From positions 1 to 62,373 of the forward strand of contig DATEHB010000125.1 of NCBI GenBank assembly GCA_035279805.1: a stretch of 62,373 nt of DNA, in the 5' to 3' direction. The notes under the pieces are model-generated. The model was given only the letters and a program-made list of their open reading frames with translations, had not been told where the DNA came from and made no database searches. The position numbers were made by a program, and so were the translations under genes. Of the stretch, positions 51,033-61,071 are shown piece after piece (the stretch's first letter is position 1; each line of letters starts with the position of its first letter). This DNA comes from Candidatus Acidiferrales bacterium (lineage in GTDB: Bacteria > Acidobacteriota > Terriglobia > Acidiferrales > UBA7541).

Positions 51033-53783
51033 ATGCCACGCGAAGTTCCCAAAGCATACGAACCTCAAGAAATTGAACGGTACTGGGCGCAGGCCTGGTT
51101 CGAAGAGAAGATTTACCGCGGCGAGGCGACGGCTCGTGGCGACACTTTTTCGATTGTTTTGCCACCGCCGAACGTCACCGGTTCAATCCACATCGGCCAC
51201 ATGCTTGAGCACACACAGATCGACATAATCGTGCGCTGGCGCCGCATGCGCGGCAACAAGACTCTTTGGCTTCCCGGAATGGACCACGCAGGCATCGCCA
51301 CCCAGGTGGTGGTCGAACGGCAGCTTGCGAAGGAAGGACTGAGGCGCGAACAGATCGGTCGCGAAGAGTTTGAGAGGCGCGTCTGGCAATGGAAGGCGGA
51401 GAGCGGCGGAAAAATCAAGAAGCAGATGATTCGTCTGGGCGTTTCGTGCGACTGGACACGTGAAAAATTCACGCTCGATCCCCCGCTCTATCGAGCCGTG
51501 ATGGAAGCGTTTCTTCGGCTTTATCGCGAGGGGTTGATTTATCGCGGGCGCTATATGGTGAATTGGTGTCCGCGTTGCCAGACGGCGCTGAGCGATCTGG
51601 AGACCATACACGAAGCGCGCGAAGGCAAACTCTGGCACATCCGCTATCCAATTGCCGGATCGAAAGAGTTCATTGTCGTCGCTACGACGCGGCCGGAAAC
51701 GATGCTGGGAGATACGGCTGTTGCCGTTCACCCGGAGGATGAACGCTACAGACAATTGATCGGCAAGATGGCCGTGCTACCGCTGATGAATCGCGAGATC
51801 CCGATCATTGGCGACGATCTCGTGGATCGCGAGTTCGGTACCGGTGCGGTGAAAGTGACTCCAGCGCACGATCCGAATGATTTCGCGATGGGCCGGCGGC
51901 ATAACCTCGCGGAAATTGACATCATGACTCCGGACGGGCACATAAGCGCAGCGGGCGGCGCATATGCGGGGATGGGCAGATTCGCGGCGCGCGAGAAAAT
52001 CGTCGAAGACCTGAAGGCGCAGGGCTTGCTCGAAGGCACAACGAATCACGCGATGTCGGTTGGCCTCTGCGATCGCTGCAAGACGATTATCGAGCCGAGG
52101 CTTTCGCTGCAATGGTTCTGCAAGATGAAACCGTTGGCGGCGCCCGGCATTCAGGCAGTCGAGGATGGCCTGCTTTCGATTGTGCCGGACAATCAGAAGA
52201 AAATATTCCTCGACTGGCTGACCAATATTCGCGACTGGTGTATTTCGCGGCAATTGTGGTGGGGCCATCGCATTCCGATTTGGCATTGCGGCGATTGCGG
52301 CGAGATGACGCCGGCAACGGATTCGCGCGTTGCGGTAGTTGATGGACGCGCGCAGATCGCCGGCGTCCCCGACAAGTGCGAGAAGTGTGACAGCGGGAAA
52401 CTGACGCAGGATCCGGATGTTCTCGATACTTGGTTCAGTTCCGGCATCTGGCCGCTGTCGACGTTGGGCTGGCCTGACAACACGGAGGACTTGCGAACAT
52501 TTTATCCGACGAGCCTGCTGATCAGCGGGTATGACATCTTATTTTTTTGGGACGCGCGAATGATCATGCTGGGCCTTCATCTGGCGCCGGGCACGAAAAT
52601 CGAAGAGCGCATTCCCTTCCGGCAGCTTTACCTGCATGCCCTTGTTCGCGATCCGCATGGAATGAAGATGTCGAAGACCCGCGGGAATGTTGTCGACCCG
52701 CTCGAAATCATCGAGAAGCACGGCACGGATGCGCTGCGATTTGCTCTAACAGTGATGGCTGCTCCGGGAACGGATATTGCGTTGAGCGAAGAACGCATTC
52801 TAAGTTATCGCGCGTTCGCGAACAAAATCTGGAATGCGGCGCGATTCTTGTTCTTCAATCTGGAAAAGATTGAAACGCTCGGCGTGACCCTCGAAGAGCT
52901 CGCGGCTCAGGAGATTCGCGCTAACGCGCCGTATGCGACGCGCGATGCGCTGCCACACCAATGGATTTTTTCAAGGCTGGCGGAAGTTACCCGGCAAATC
53001 AACGAGGCGCTCGAGAATTTCCGCTTTCACGAAGCGGCGCACGTTATCTACCACTTCTTCTGGGGTGATTTCTGCGACTGGTACATTGAGTGGCTCAAGC
53101 CGCAACTGGCTTCCGGAAATCGCGAAGATACCATTGCAACATGGCGGAATTTATTTGCGGCGTTCGAATATGCGCTGCTACTGCTGCATCCGTTCATGCC
53201 GTTCATCACTGAAGAACTGTGGAATCGTTTGCCCCAAGCCGCGGGTGCAAAATCCATTTCACTTCAACCCTTTCCAAAGGCGCACACCGGCTGGTTAAAT
53301 TCAGAGGCGGAGCACCGCGTGGCGCTGGTGCAGGAAATTGTCGTGGCGGCGCGAAACATTCGCGCGGAAGCAAAGCTCGACGCGAAGAAGAAAGTCGCTG
53401 CGGATTTGGCGTCGGACAATTCCGAAGTGCTCAATCGTACTTCGGAGAATCTCGATGTGATTCTCCGGCTCGGAAGCCTTTCGGCTCTGAATGTCCAGCC
53501 TGGAAAGCTCAAGAGCCGCGAGGGAGCAGTGCGCTCCACGTCGCAATTTGACCTTGGGATTAAGTTCGAAGGCGAACTTGTCGATGCCGGCGCGGAAGCG
53601 GCTAAGTTAAAAAAAGAGAAAGAGCGGCTGGAAAAGGATGTCGCGTCGAAAAAACAACGGCTCGCCGACGATACCTTTCGAAATCGGGCGCCCGCGGAAA
53701 TTGTGCGCGGCCTGGAGGCGACGCTCGCGGACCGGCAACTCGAATACCAGAAAATTGTGGAGCGGCTGGCGCAACTGGAATAG
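51033..53783 (+). CDS. valS: Valine--tRNA ligase
   Basis: 916 aa. HIGH region PPPNVTGSIHIGH, KMSKS region GMKMSKTRG, a CP1 editing domain and a C-terminal coiled coil. Confidence 0.97.
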   Translation: MPREVPKAYEPQEIERYWAQAWFEEKIYRGEATARGDTFSIVLPPPNVTGSIHIGHMLEHTQIDIIVRWRRMRGNKTLWLPGMDHAGIATQVVVERQLAKEGLRREQIGREEFERRVWQWKAESGGKIKKQMIRLGVSCDWTREKFTLDPPLYRAVMEAFLRLYREGLIYRGRYMVNWCPRCQTALSDLETIHEAREGKLWHIRYPIAGSKEFIVVATTRPETMLGDTAVAVHPEDERYRQLIGKMAVLPLMNREIPIIGDDLVDREFGTGAVKVTPAHDPNDFAMGRRHNLAEIDIMTPDGHISAAGGAYAGMGRFAAREKIVEDLKAQGLLEGTTNHAMSVGLCDRCKTIIEPRLSLQWFCKMKPLAAPGIQAVEDGLLSIVPDNQKKIFLDWLTNIRDWCISRQLWWGHRIPIWHCGDCGEMTPATDSRVAVVDGRAQIAGVPDKCEKCDSGKLTQDPDVLDTWFSSGIWPLSTLGWPDNTEDLRTFYPTSLLISGYDILFFWDARMIMLGLHLAPGTKIEERIPFRQLYLHALVRDPHGMKMSKTRGNVVDPLEIIEKHGTDALRFALTVMAAPGTDIALSEERILSYRAFANKIWNAARFLFFNLEKIETLGVTLEELAAQEIRANAPYATRDALPHQWIFSRLAEVTRQINEALENFRFHEAAHVIYHFFWGDFCDWYIEWLKPQLASGNREDTIATWRNLFAAFEYALLLLHPFMPFITEELWNRLPQAAGAKSISLQPFPKAHTGWLNSEAEHRVALVQEIVVAARNIRAEAKLDAKKKVAADLASDNSEVLNRTSENLDVILRLGSLSALNVQPGKLKSREGAVRSTSQFDLGIKFEGELVDAGAEAAKLKKEKERLEKDVASKKQRLADDTFRNRAPAEIVRGLEATLADRQLEYQKIVERLAQLE

Positions 53784-53824
53784 CGCTGCTGCCACTAGAC
53801 CGTTCGCCTAAAAACTGACCCGAT

Positions 53825-54853
53825 ATGCCAGCGAAATCACGCATACAGAAAAACCGGCCGAACCTTCCGGACCGTACGGACAAGCGCATTGACGCGCTGC
53901 TGTCACTGCTTTCCGAAAACACGACGATCGTAATCAGCGGCGCACAAATCGCGAAGGAAATCGGCGTGCGACGTCAAACGGTGTGGCGGTGGATTGAAAC
54001 GCTGCGCGCCGCCGGCGTAAGAGTAAAAGGCCATCCTCGAACCGGCTATCATATCGAGCGCGCCGCGGACGTCCTGGCCCCGAAATTGCTCGCGCGGGGA
54101 CTTCGCGAGACGCCTTTCGCGAAGCATGTTTTTCACTTCTTCAAAGTGAATTCGACGAACACAGTGGCGATGCACCTTGGAGAAGAAGGAGAGCCGCATG
54201 GGACCGTTGTCGTTGCGGAGGAGCAGACATCAGGGCGCGGGCGCGCCGGGCACTCGTGGCATTCGGAAAAAGCGGCAGGGATTTACGTCAGCATCCTGCT
54301 TCGGCCGCGGATTCCTCCTATGCTCGCGCCAGCATTGACTTTGGTTGCGGGAGTTGCAGCGTACGAAGCGATCGCCGACGAAAGCGGGTCTCGCCCTGAC
54401 ATTCGCTGGCCAAATGATATCCTGCTGAATGGGAAAAAAGTATGCGGCATCCTGACGGAAATGCAAGCGGAGCCGGATCGCATCCATTTTGCCGTGATTG
54501 GGATTGGAATCAACGTAAATCAATCGAAAATGCCGAGCGAACTTGCGAGCATTGCGACGTCGATACGCATGGAGACTGGCCGCGTGCACTCGCGCTTGGA
54601 CCTGCTCGCGCGGTTGCTGCGACGCCTCGACCGCTACTACAATCAATTTGCTGGCGAAGGGGCCGCTCCGGTCCTTCGGAGATTCGCTGAAGTGTCGAGC
54701 TACTTCGAGGGCAAACGCGTGCGTATTTCCACGAGCACGGAGAGTTTTGCAGGCACAACGGCGGGGCTGGAGCCTATGGGGATACTGCGCGTGAAACGTG
54801 ACGACGGACGAATCGAGAGCGTGATTTCCGGCACGGTGGCAGAGGCAGAATGA
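53825..54853 (+). CDS. birA: Bifunctional biotin--[acetyl-CoA-carboxylase] ligase / biotin operon repressor
   Basis: N-terminal wHTH ([28 protein letters not shown]), BPL motif GRGRAGHSW, and [18 protein letters not shown]. Confidence 0.9.
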   Translation: MPAKSRIQKNRPNLPDRTDKRIDALLSLLSENTTIVISGAQIAKEIGVRRQTVWRWIETLRAAGVRVKGHPRTGYHIERAADVLAPKLLARGLRETPFAKHVFHFFKVNSTNTVAMHLGEEGEPHGTVVVAEEQTSGRGRAGHSWHSEKAAGIYVSILLRPRIPPMLAPALTLVAGVAAYEAIADESGSRPDIRWPNDILLNGKKVCGILTEMQAEPDRIHFAVIGIGINVNQSKMPSELASIATSIRMETGRVHSRLDLLARLLRRLDRYYNQFAGEGAAPVLRRFAEVSSYFEGKRVRISTSTESFAGTTAGLEPMGILRVKRDDGRIESVISGTVAEAE

Positions 54854-55704
54854 TGCTGCTGGCAATGGACGTGGGGAACACGAACACAGTGCTCGGAGTG
54901 TTTCGCGGCGAGGAGTTGGCGGCGAACTGGCGGCTGACCACCGCGCGCGATCAAACGGTCGACGAATACGGAATCTTAACGCGAGAACTCTTCACTTTGG
55001 CGGACCTGGCCGCCACGGAAATCAAGGGCGTGATGATTGCGTCGGTGGTGCCGTCTCTCAACGCAACCTTGGCGGAAATGGCGGAGCGGTATTTTGGTTT
55101 GAAAGCGCTCTTCGTCGAACCAGGTATCAAGACGGGCATGCCCGTGCATTACGATAATCCGCAAGAAGTGGGCGCGGATCGCATTGCAAATGGCGTGGCG
55201 GCGTTCGCGAAATACGGCGGCCCATGCGTTGTGGTGGACTTTGGGACGGCGATCAATTTCGATGTGGTGTCGAAGCGCGGAGAATACCTGGGAGGCGTAC
55301 TCGCTCCCGGCGTTGGGATTTCCGCCGATGCCCTCTTTGCACGCGCCGCCAGGCTCTTTCGAGTGGAGATTCGCGACCCTGGGAAAATCATCGGCACGAA
55401 TACTGCGGCATCGATGCAGGCCGGGTTGTATTACGGCTTCACGGATCTGGTTGATGGGATTTTGGAACGGCTGAAACAGGAATTGGGCGCGGAAACGCGA
55501 GTCATTGCCACGGGCGGCCAGGCGGCGCTGATTGGGGGCGGCTCGCGGCACATTCAACAGGTCGACGAGCATTTGACGCTGGAAGGACTCCGAATTCTTT
55601 GGGAACGCAACGCCGTTGCGGAAGCAGCGAGTCCGCGAGCCGCAACGGAGCGCCGCGAAGGCGACCGCGGACCTGCGTCTTCCGCGCGAAAGCCGGCGCG
55701 TTAA
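54850..55704 (+). CDS. coaX: Type III pantothenate kinase
   Basis: [40 protein letters not shown] ~30-aa Arg/Ala-rich C-terminal extension is present. ATGA overlap with birA. Confidence 0.9.
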   Translation: MMLLAMDVGNTNTVLGVFRGEELAANWRLTTARDQTVDEYGILTRELFTLADLAATEIKGVMIASVVPSLNATLAEMAERYFGLKALFVEPGIKTGMPVHYDNPQEVGADRIANGVAAFAKYGGPCVVVDFGTAINFDVVSKRGEYLGGVLAPGVGISADALFARAARLFRVEIRDPGKIIGTNTAASMQAGLYYGFTDLVDGILERLKQELGAETRVIATGGQAALIGGGSRHIQQVDEHLTLEGLRILWERNAVAEAASPRAATERREGDRGPASSARKPAR

Positions 55705-55717
55705 TTCCGCACGGGCG

Positions 55718-56446
55718 ATGGCCGACTTCAATTATTTCAATTACTTCACCGAAATCGAAGAGCACTTTTGGCGCAAGCGTGGCGCACACTTACTGGTGTC
55801 GCCGCTCGACTGGGCAATCTTGGAGACCTGGCAAAGAGCAGGAATTCCCCTGGACGTTGTTCTTAAAGGAATCGACGCAGCCTTTGAAAGCTATGGACGC
55901 TCGCGGCGCGGTGCGGCTGGTCGCCCGCTGAAAAGCCTCGCCTATTGCATGGACGCGGTGCTCAACGCGGCAGCAGAGGCGCGGGAAGCCGCGGCCGGCA
56001 AGGGGCCAGAAGGACGCTCGAAGTCAGCAACCGCGGAGGCATTTTCTCGAGACGAGTTGACAAGATATCTCGATGGCGGCGCTCGAAAGCTGCGTTCCGC
56101 CGCGGAGCAATTCGTCGGCAAGTCGCCTGAGATGAGAAAACGCTTTGAGGAAATCGCGCGCGGCGTTGAAGAGACTGGGACGACGCTCCACACTCCTGCG
56201 CATCTTGATCTCGAGGAACTCGAACGCAGGCTGACGGTGCTCGAAGACAAGCTCGCAGCATCGCTCATTTCCGCGGCTGACGCGGAAACAATGGTGGCCG
56301 TTAGGCGCGAAATGGACCACGCGCTAGCGCCCTACCGGCGCAAAATGTCCGCCGAACAACTGGCTCTGGTGGAGCGGCAATACATACAGAAGCGGCTCTT
56401 TGAGATTTATCATCTATCACGATTGAGCCTCTATTATCTGAAGTAA
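55718..56446 (+). CDS. Hypothetical protein; N-terminal ~80 aa reminiscent of a DnaD-type domain
   Basis: ATG at 55718 (MADFNYFNYFTEIEEHFWRKRG...) is preferred, because track start 55616 overlaps coaX. The pattern F-x-E-x-F-x(5-8)-L-S-P-L-D-W-x-x-L-x-x-W-x-x-x-G-I-P-L-D-V-V-L-x-G-I-D resembles DnaD-like domains by eye only. The C-terminal half is helical. Confidence 0.5.
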   Translation: MADFNYFNYFTEIEEHFWRKRGAHLLVSPLDWAILETWQRAGIPLDVVLKGIDAAFESYGRSRRGAAGRPLKSLAYCMDAVLNAAAEAREAAAGKGPEGRSKSATAEAFSRDELTRYLDGGARKLRSAAEQFVGKSPEMRKRFEEIARGVEETGTTLHTPAHLDLEELERRLTVLEDKLAASLISAADAETMVAVRREMDHALAPYRRKMSAEQLALVERQYIQKRLFEIYHLSRLSLYYLK

Positions 56447-56477
56447 TCCACGAGCGACGGCAACCCGAAATCCACAA

Positions 56478-57788
56478 ATGATGCGCGCCACAATTGAAAA
56501 GCTCATTTACGGAGGCGAGGGGCTCGCGCACGAAAATGGCGAGGCGGTGTTTGTACCGTTTGTGTTGCCAGGTGAAGAAGTCGAAGTCGAAATCGTAGAG
56601 CGGAAGAAGAAGTTCGTCCGTGGGCGCTTGGCGCGAGTGGTGACCGCTTCTCCAGATCGCATCAATGCCCAGTGCCCGCATTTTGGCGTTTGCGGCGGAT
56701 GCGATTATCAGCACATTTCGTATGAGTCGCAGCTTCGCTACAAGGAGCAAATCCTCCGCGAAACTTTACGAAGGATCGGCAAGATCGAGTGGACAGGTCC
56801 GATCGCGCTTCACGCGTCGCCGCCGTGGCGGTACAGAAACCGGGCGCAGTGGCAAGTGCGGCCCGTCGCCGGCGAGGGCGCGAGATTCTCCGCTGGCTAC
56901 TCCTCCGCTATCGGATATTTCCGCGCTGGATCATCAACGCTGTGCCCTGTGGAAGTTTGTCCCATTCTTTCGCCAAAGCTTTTTGCGATGTTCGAAGTGC
57001 TGCGTAGTGCGTTGCGCGAAGGGAAACTTCCAGAGACATTGCGGGAAGTGGAGGCGTTTGTGGACGCGGATGATCGCGGCATCCTGTTGAATATTTCCTG
57101 CACGTCTCTTCCGCGCGCAACCGAATCAATAGCAAGAATGTTCAGCGAGAGGATCGAGAATGTGAAGAGTGTTCTCATTCGGGATGTACGCGGCGAACGG
57201 ATGTCGTTGCACGGGCCCGGTTTTTTGCAATACAAGGTGGCGCAGAGCAGTTTTCGTGTCGGGCACATGTCTTTCTTCCAAGTCAACCGATTCCTGGTGG
57301 ACGAAATGGCTCGCATTGTGGCAGCTGCTGCCGGAAGCGGTGACATTGCTCTTGATCTGTATGCAGGCGTGGGATTGTTTGCTATGTCGCTGGCGAGGAG
57401 TTTCAGTCACATCGATGCAGTGGAGGCCAATCCGGCATCCGCGCGCGACTTGGAGACGAATGCGGGGTTGAGCGGGAAAACCATTGCGACGCGAAACAAT
57501 TCGACGGAGGGGTTCCTTGCTGAATGGAAGCGGAAACGCGGTGTTGCACCGCCCGACGTTGTTGTTGCTGACCCGCCACGCGCAGGGATCGAACCCGATG
57601 CCCTGGAAAAGCTGATCGACATCGCGCCACAGCGAATCGTTTATGTCTCCTGCGACCCTTCGACGCTGGCGCGCGATCTGGCAAAATTCTGCGCGAAGGA
57701 GTATGCTCTTGAAGAAATTTACCTATTAGATATGTTCCCTCAGACCTATCACATCGAGGCGATCGCCCGACTAGATCGAAGCACGTGA
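56478..57788 (+). CDS. rlmD: 23S rRNA (uracil-5-)-methyltransferase, RlmD/RumA family
   Basis: TRAM-like N-terminus, Fe-S Cys cluster CPHFGVCGGCDYQH, SAM motif LDLYAGVGLFA, and catalytic region VYVSCDPSTLARD. Confidence 0.85.
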   Translation: MMRATIEKLIYGGEGLAHENGEAVFVPFVLPGEEVEVEIVERKKKFVRGRLARVVTASPDRINAQCPHFGVCGGCDYQHISYESQLRYKEQILRETLRRIGKIEWTGPIALHASPPWRYRNRAQWQVRPVAGEGARFSAGYSSAIGYFRAGSSTLCPVEVCPILSPKLFAMFEVLRSALREGKLPETLREVEAFVDADDRGILLNISCTSLPRATESIARMFSERIENVKSVLIRDVRGERMSLHGPGFLQYKVAQSSFRVGHMSFFQVNRFLVDEMARIVAAAAGSGDIALDLYAGVGLFAMSLARSFSHIDAVEANPASARDLETNAGLSGKTIATRNNSTEGFLAEWKRKRGVAPPDVVVADPPRAGIEPDALEKLIDIAPQRIVYVSCDPSTLARDLAKFCAKEYALEEIYLLDMFPQTYHIEAIARLDRST

Positions 57789-60424
57789 GGCTGCCTGCAC
57801 TCTGGCTTGCGGTCGCTTTTGCCGGCGGTATCGCCGCCGGACAATTCCCTGTTGCCTATCCAAATGTCTGGATTACAGTCGCAGCGATTTCGATTCTTGC
57901 CGGTCTGCTTCTCGCATTGTGGAAGAAAATTGCGGCGGCGGCCGTTTTCGCGTTGGCGGCGTGGTTTGCACTGGGCGGACTTGCCATGCAGATGGAACGG
58001 CGCGATGTGGCCTTTGACGATGTCGCGAGGATCATTGAATCGGGAAAAATCGATACGAGCCAGTCCCTGCGCTGGCGCGGAATACTTCGCGAAGATCCAG
58101 AACGTCTCCCCTGGGGCGTGCGCTACACACTCGATCTCGCGAGCGTAGAGGTGGGCGGCCAAACGGTTCCACTGCATGGCGGCTTGCGGCTCAGTTATTA
58201 TTTGAGCCACGGAGATGCGACGCTACCAGAATTCCGCGCGGGGGATCGCATCGAGGCTTTGTGCCGCGCACATATTCCGCAGAATTATCAGGATCCGGGC
58301 GCGTTCGACGAACGCGGATTTTTACAACGTCAGAACATCGAACTGCTCGGCACGCTGCGCAGCGCGGAACTTATTGAGACAGTTGGTCCTGCAAATTTGT
58401 CGATCGCGCGGCGTTTCGCACGCGCCCGCGGGGACTTACTGGCAAGGCTGGATCATCTTTACGCCGGACAACCGGAGCGCATCGCGGCGCTGCGTGCCAT
58501 GTTGCTGGGCGACCGTAATTTCTTGAACTCGGACCTCGCCGAGACCTTCCAGAAAACAGCCGCATTTCACGTGCTTGTTGTCGCGGGGTTGCACGTTGGC
58601 GCTCTGGCAGTTTTCGTGTTCTGGCTGTGCCGTTTGTTGCGCCTGCCGCTCGGCGCGACGACGGTTGTTACGCTGGTTGTGCTCGCCGGATATCTGGGCG
58701 TAGTGCAGGACCGGCCTCCGATTCTGCGCGCGGCGCTGATGACCGCGATTTTCTTGTTTGCCCGGCTGATGTTTCGGCGCGTCGCTCTGGTGAACACGGT
58801 CGCGCTCGCGGCGCTGATCCTGTTGATCGCGAGACCTGATGAGCTTTTCGACGCCGGTTATCAGCTTTCCTTTTTGGCGGCCGGCGTAATTGCGGGGATC
58901 GCGGTGCCGTGGATCGACCGGACGAGCAGCCCTTTGCGGAAGGCCCTCGATCACATCGGAGACGTCACGCGCGACCGGCTGCATTCGCCGCGTGCCACAC
59001 AGTTCCGCCTTGATCTTCGCGCCGCTGCAAATGCGCTTGCTTCAAAGACTCCCGGGCTATTTTCCGAGTACATTGAACCGTTGCTTATAGTGCCGGTGCG
59101 CGTCGGGCTGCGTTTCTGGGAAATCGTTCTGCTTTCATTTTGCATTCAACTCGGTATGATGCCTTTGCTGGCGCTTTATTTTCATCGCGCCAGTTTGTCC
59201 GGGCCGGCCAGCAATGTGCCTGCTGTGCTCCTCACAGCGCTGATCGTGCCGCTCGGGTTCTTGTCCTTAGTAACCACTTATATTTGGCCTGCATTGGCCG
59301 CCGCAGTCGCGAAAGTCACAGGATTGCTTGTGGCGGGATTGTTGTCGAGTGTCGGCTGGTTTAGCCGACTCCCGCGAATGTCCTGGCGAATTCCCGGACC
59401 GCCGCATTGGTTCCTGGGTGTCTTCATGGCGATTTTGGCATCTCTGGCGGCGCTGGCATGGTCGGCTGCGCAGCGCAACCAGAAAAACAACGCCGCGACC
59501 AAAAATCCGAGAAAGTGCTTTGCCGTCGAATGTCTAACGTTGGTTGCCCTGTTGGCTTCAGCGCTTGTGGTCGCGGTGCATCCGTTCCGACCGAAGTTGC
59601 CGCGCGGGAAGCTCGAAGCGGTCGTTCTCGACGTTGGCCAGGGCGATTCAATTTTCGTGACGTTCCCTGATGGGCGAACGATGCTGATCGACGGCGGCGG
59701 CGCAGCGGGCGCGGAACACGTTCGCGGTTATCAAACCGGAGTTGATATCGGAGAGCAGGTCGTATCGCCCTATCTTTGGTCACAGGGAGTCAAGAAGCTG
59801 GACGTAGTATTGCTCAGCCATGCGCATCATGACCACATTGATGGTTTGCGAGCGGTCCTCAATAACTTTCGCGTTGGGCAACTGTGGGTGGGCCGTGACG
59901 AAGACGCGCCGGCGTATCACGAGTTACTCGCACAGGCAGTGAGGCTACATGTGATGACGATTCACCAGCAGCAGGGTGAAAAGTTCGATTGGGCTGGAGT
60001 CAAGGGGCAAATCCTCTGGCCGGCTGATACTACGGAAGCGCCCGCGGCGGCGAACAATGATTCGGTAGTATTGCGCCTGGAGGATGGAAAAATTCGATTC
60101 CTCTTGGCGGGGGATATCGAAAAACAAGTCGAAAGCACTCTTACCGGAGAGCGCGAACCGTTAAGTGCGGATTTTCTGAAGGTCCCTCATCACGGAAGCA
60201 AGACATCCTCGACCGAGCCATTTCTGGACGCAGTCGCTCCCAGAGTTGCCGTGATTTCCGTGGGTCAGGGAAATTCCTATGGCTTGCCGAATCCGGAGAC
60301 TGTCGGCAGGTTCGCCAACAAACGGGTCACGCTCCTGCAAACCGACCAAACGGGCGCAGTTACGGTTTCAACGGACGGACGCACATTAGCAGTAAAGACG
60401 TTCGTTTTGACTCATGAACAGTAA
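57785..60424 (+). CDS. comEC: DNA internalization-related competence protein ComEC/Rec2
   Basis: The GTG start overlaps the rlmD stop (GTGA). 879 aa, with a multi-TM competence domain and a C-terminal metallo-beta-lactamase domain (VLDVGQGDSI, LLSHAHHDHIDG, KVPHHGS). Confidence 0.9.
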   Translation: MRLPALWLAVAFAGGIAAGQFPVAYPNVWITVAAISILAGLLLALWKKIAAAAVFALAAWFALGGLAMQMERRDVAFDDVARIIESGKIDTSQSLRWRGILREDPERLPWGVRYTLDLASVEVGGQTVPLHGGLRLSYYLSHGDATLPEFRAGDRIEALCRAHIPQNYQDPGAFDERGFLQRQNIELLGTLRSAELIETVGPANLSIARRFARARGDLLARLDHLYAGQPERIAALRAMLLGDRNFLNSDLAETFQKTAAFHVLVVAGLHVGALAVFVFWLCRLLRLPLGATTVVTLVVLAGYLGVVQDRPPILRAALMTAIFLFARLMFRRVALVNTVALAALILLIARPDELFDAGYQLSFLAAGVIAGIAVPWIDRTSSPLRKALDHIGDVTRDRLHSPRATQFRLDLRAAANALASKTPGLFSEYIEPLLIVPVRVGLRFWEIVLLSFCIQLGMMPLLALYFHRASLSGPASNVPAVLLTALIVPLGFLSLVTTYIWPALAAAVAKVTGLLVAGLLSSVGWFSRLPRMSWRIPGPPHWFLGVFMAILASLAALAWSAAQRNQKNNAATKNPRKCFAVECLTLVALLASALVVAVHPFRPKLPRGKLEAVVLDVGQGDSIFVTFPDGRTMLIDGGGAAGAEHVRGYQTGVDIGEQVVSPYLWSQGVKKLDVVLLSHAHHDHIDGLRAVLNNFRVGQLWVGRDEDAPAYHELLAQAVRLHVMTIHQQQGEKFDWAGVKGQILWPADTTEAPAAANNDSVVLRLEDGKIRFLLAGDIEKQVESTLTGEREPLSADFLKVPHHGSKTSSTEPFLDAVAPRVAVISVGQGNSYGLPNPETVGRFANKRVTLLQTDQTGAVTVSTDGRTLAVKTFVLTHEQ

Positions 60425-60460
60425 ATCTGGAAATGCCGTCAGCGCGGCGCAGAGAGAAAC

Positions 60461-60793
60461 TTAGGATTGGGAGTCTTCCGGAGTCTCGAGTTCGATCCCC
60501 TCGTTGCTTTTCAGGTACTCGGCGATGATCCGGCGGGCTTCGGCAGCCTGGGATTCCAAAACGATGACGTCGGAACCGTGATAGTCATCGCCGGGCTCGC
60601 CCATCGGGAACGGGTCTGTGGTGGAGGAACCGGGAGACGAAATACCCGCACTTTCGAGCAGGCCGCGGATCACCATTGCTTCCATGGCAGAACCCGCGGA
60701 GTGAATCACCACCGTCTTCTCCTGGCTATGATCAGGAACCAACACAGCTCCTTTTGACAGAGCGCCTTTGCGCGCCGTCGAGACTCGTTTCAT
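60461..60793 (-). CDS. Small hypothetical protein, DUF2007-like (putative signal-transduction fold)
   Basis: 110 aa. VVIHSAGSAMEAMVIRGLLESAGI...VIVLESQAAEARRIIAEY resembles the DUF2007 beta-alpha-beta pattern. This call rests on pattern only. Confidence 0.45.
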   Translation of the reverse strand: MKRVSTARKGALSKGAVLVPDHSQEKTVVIHSAGSAMEAMVIRGLLESAGISSPGSSTTDPFPMGEPGDDYHGSDVIVLESQAAEARRIIAEYLKSNEGIELETPEDSQS

Positions 60794-60925
60794 ACTAGTC
60801 CAAGAAGTCTCACCGGGCTAGAGATGATTGCGCCGGATGCTGAGGATTCGTCAATACGGAGAAACTGACGATAAAGGCGATTGACTGCATCGGCGGAAAG
60901 GGCTTCATTTATGGGGCGGCAACGC

Positions 60926-60954
60926 TTGATTTCGCGTGGTTGGGCGCTTACAAT
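60926..60954 (+). promoter_or_regulatory. Candidate sigma70-type promoter of guaB (-35 TTGATT, 17-nt spacer, -10 TACAAT)
   Basis: Reads acgcTTGATTtcgcgtggttgggcgctTACAATgac, about 117 nt upstream of the guaB ATG. Confidence 0.55.
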
Positions 60955-61002
60955 GACTTAATCACTGATGAGGGATTTTTGTCACAGGAAAATTGCATTC
61001 GC

Positions 61003-61036
61003 GCCCAGCAACCCTTGCTGGGCTTTGGCGTTTTTA
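61003..61036 (+). terminator. Intrinsic-terminator-like hairpin inside the guaB leader (attenuator candidate)
   Basis: GCCCAGCAA-CCC-TTGCTGGGC (9-bp stem) is followed by TTTGGCGTTTTTA. It lies between the predicted promoter and the guaB SD (GGAG at 61064). Confidence 0.4.
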
Positions 61037-61071
61037 GGGCCTGAAAATACTCGCAACATCGAAGGAGACGA

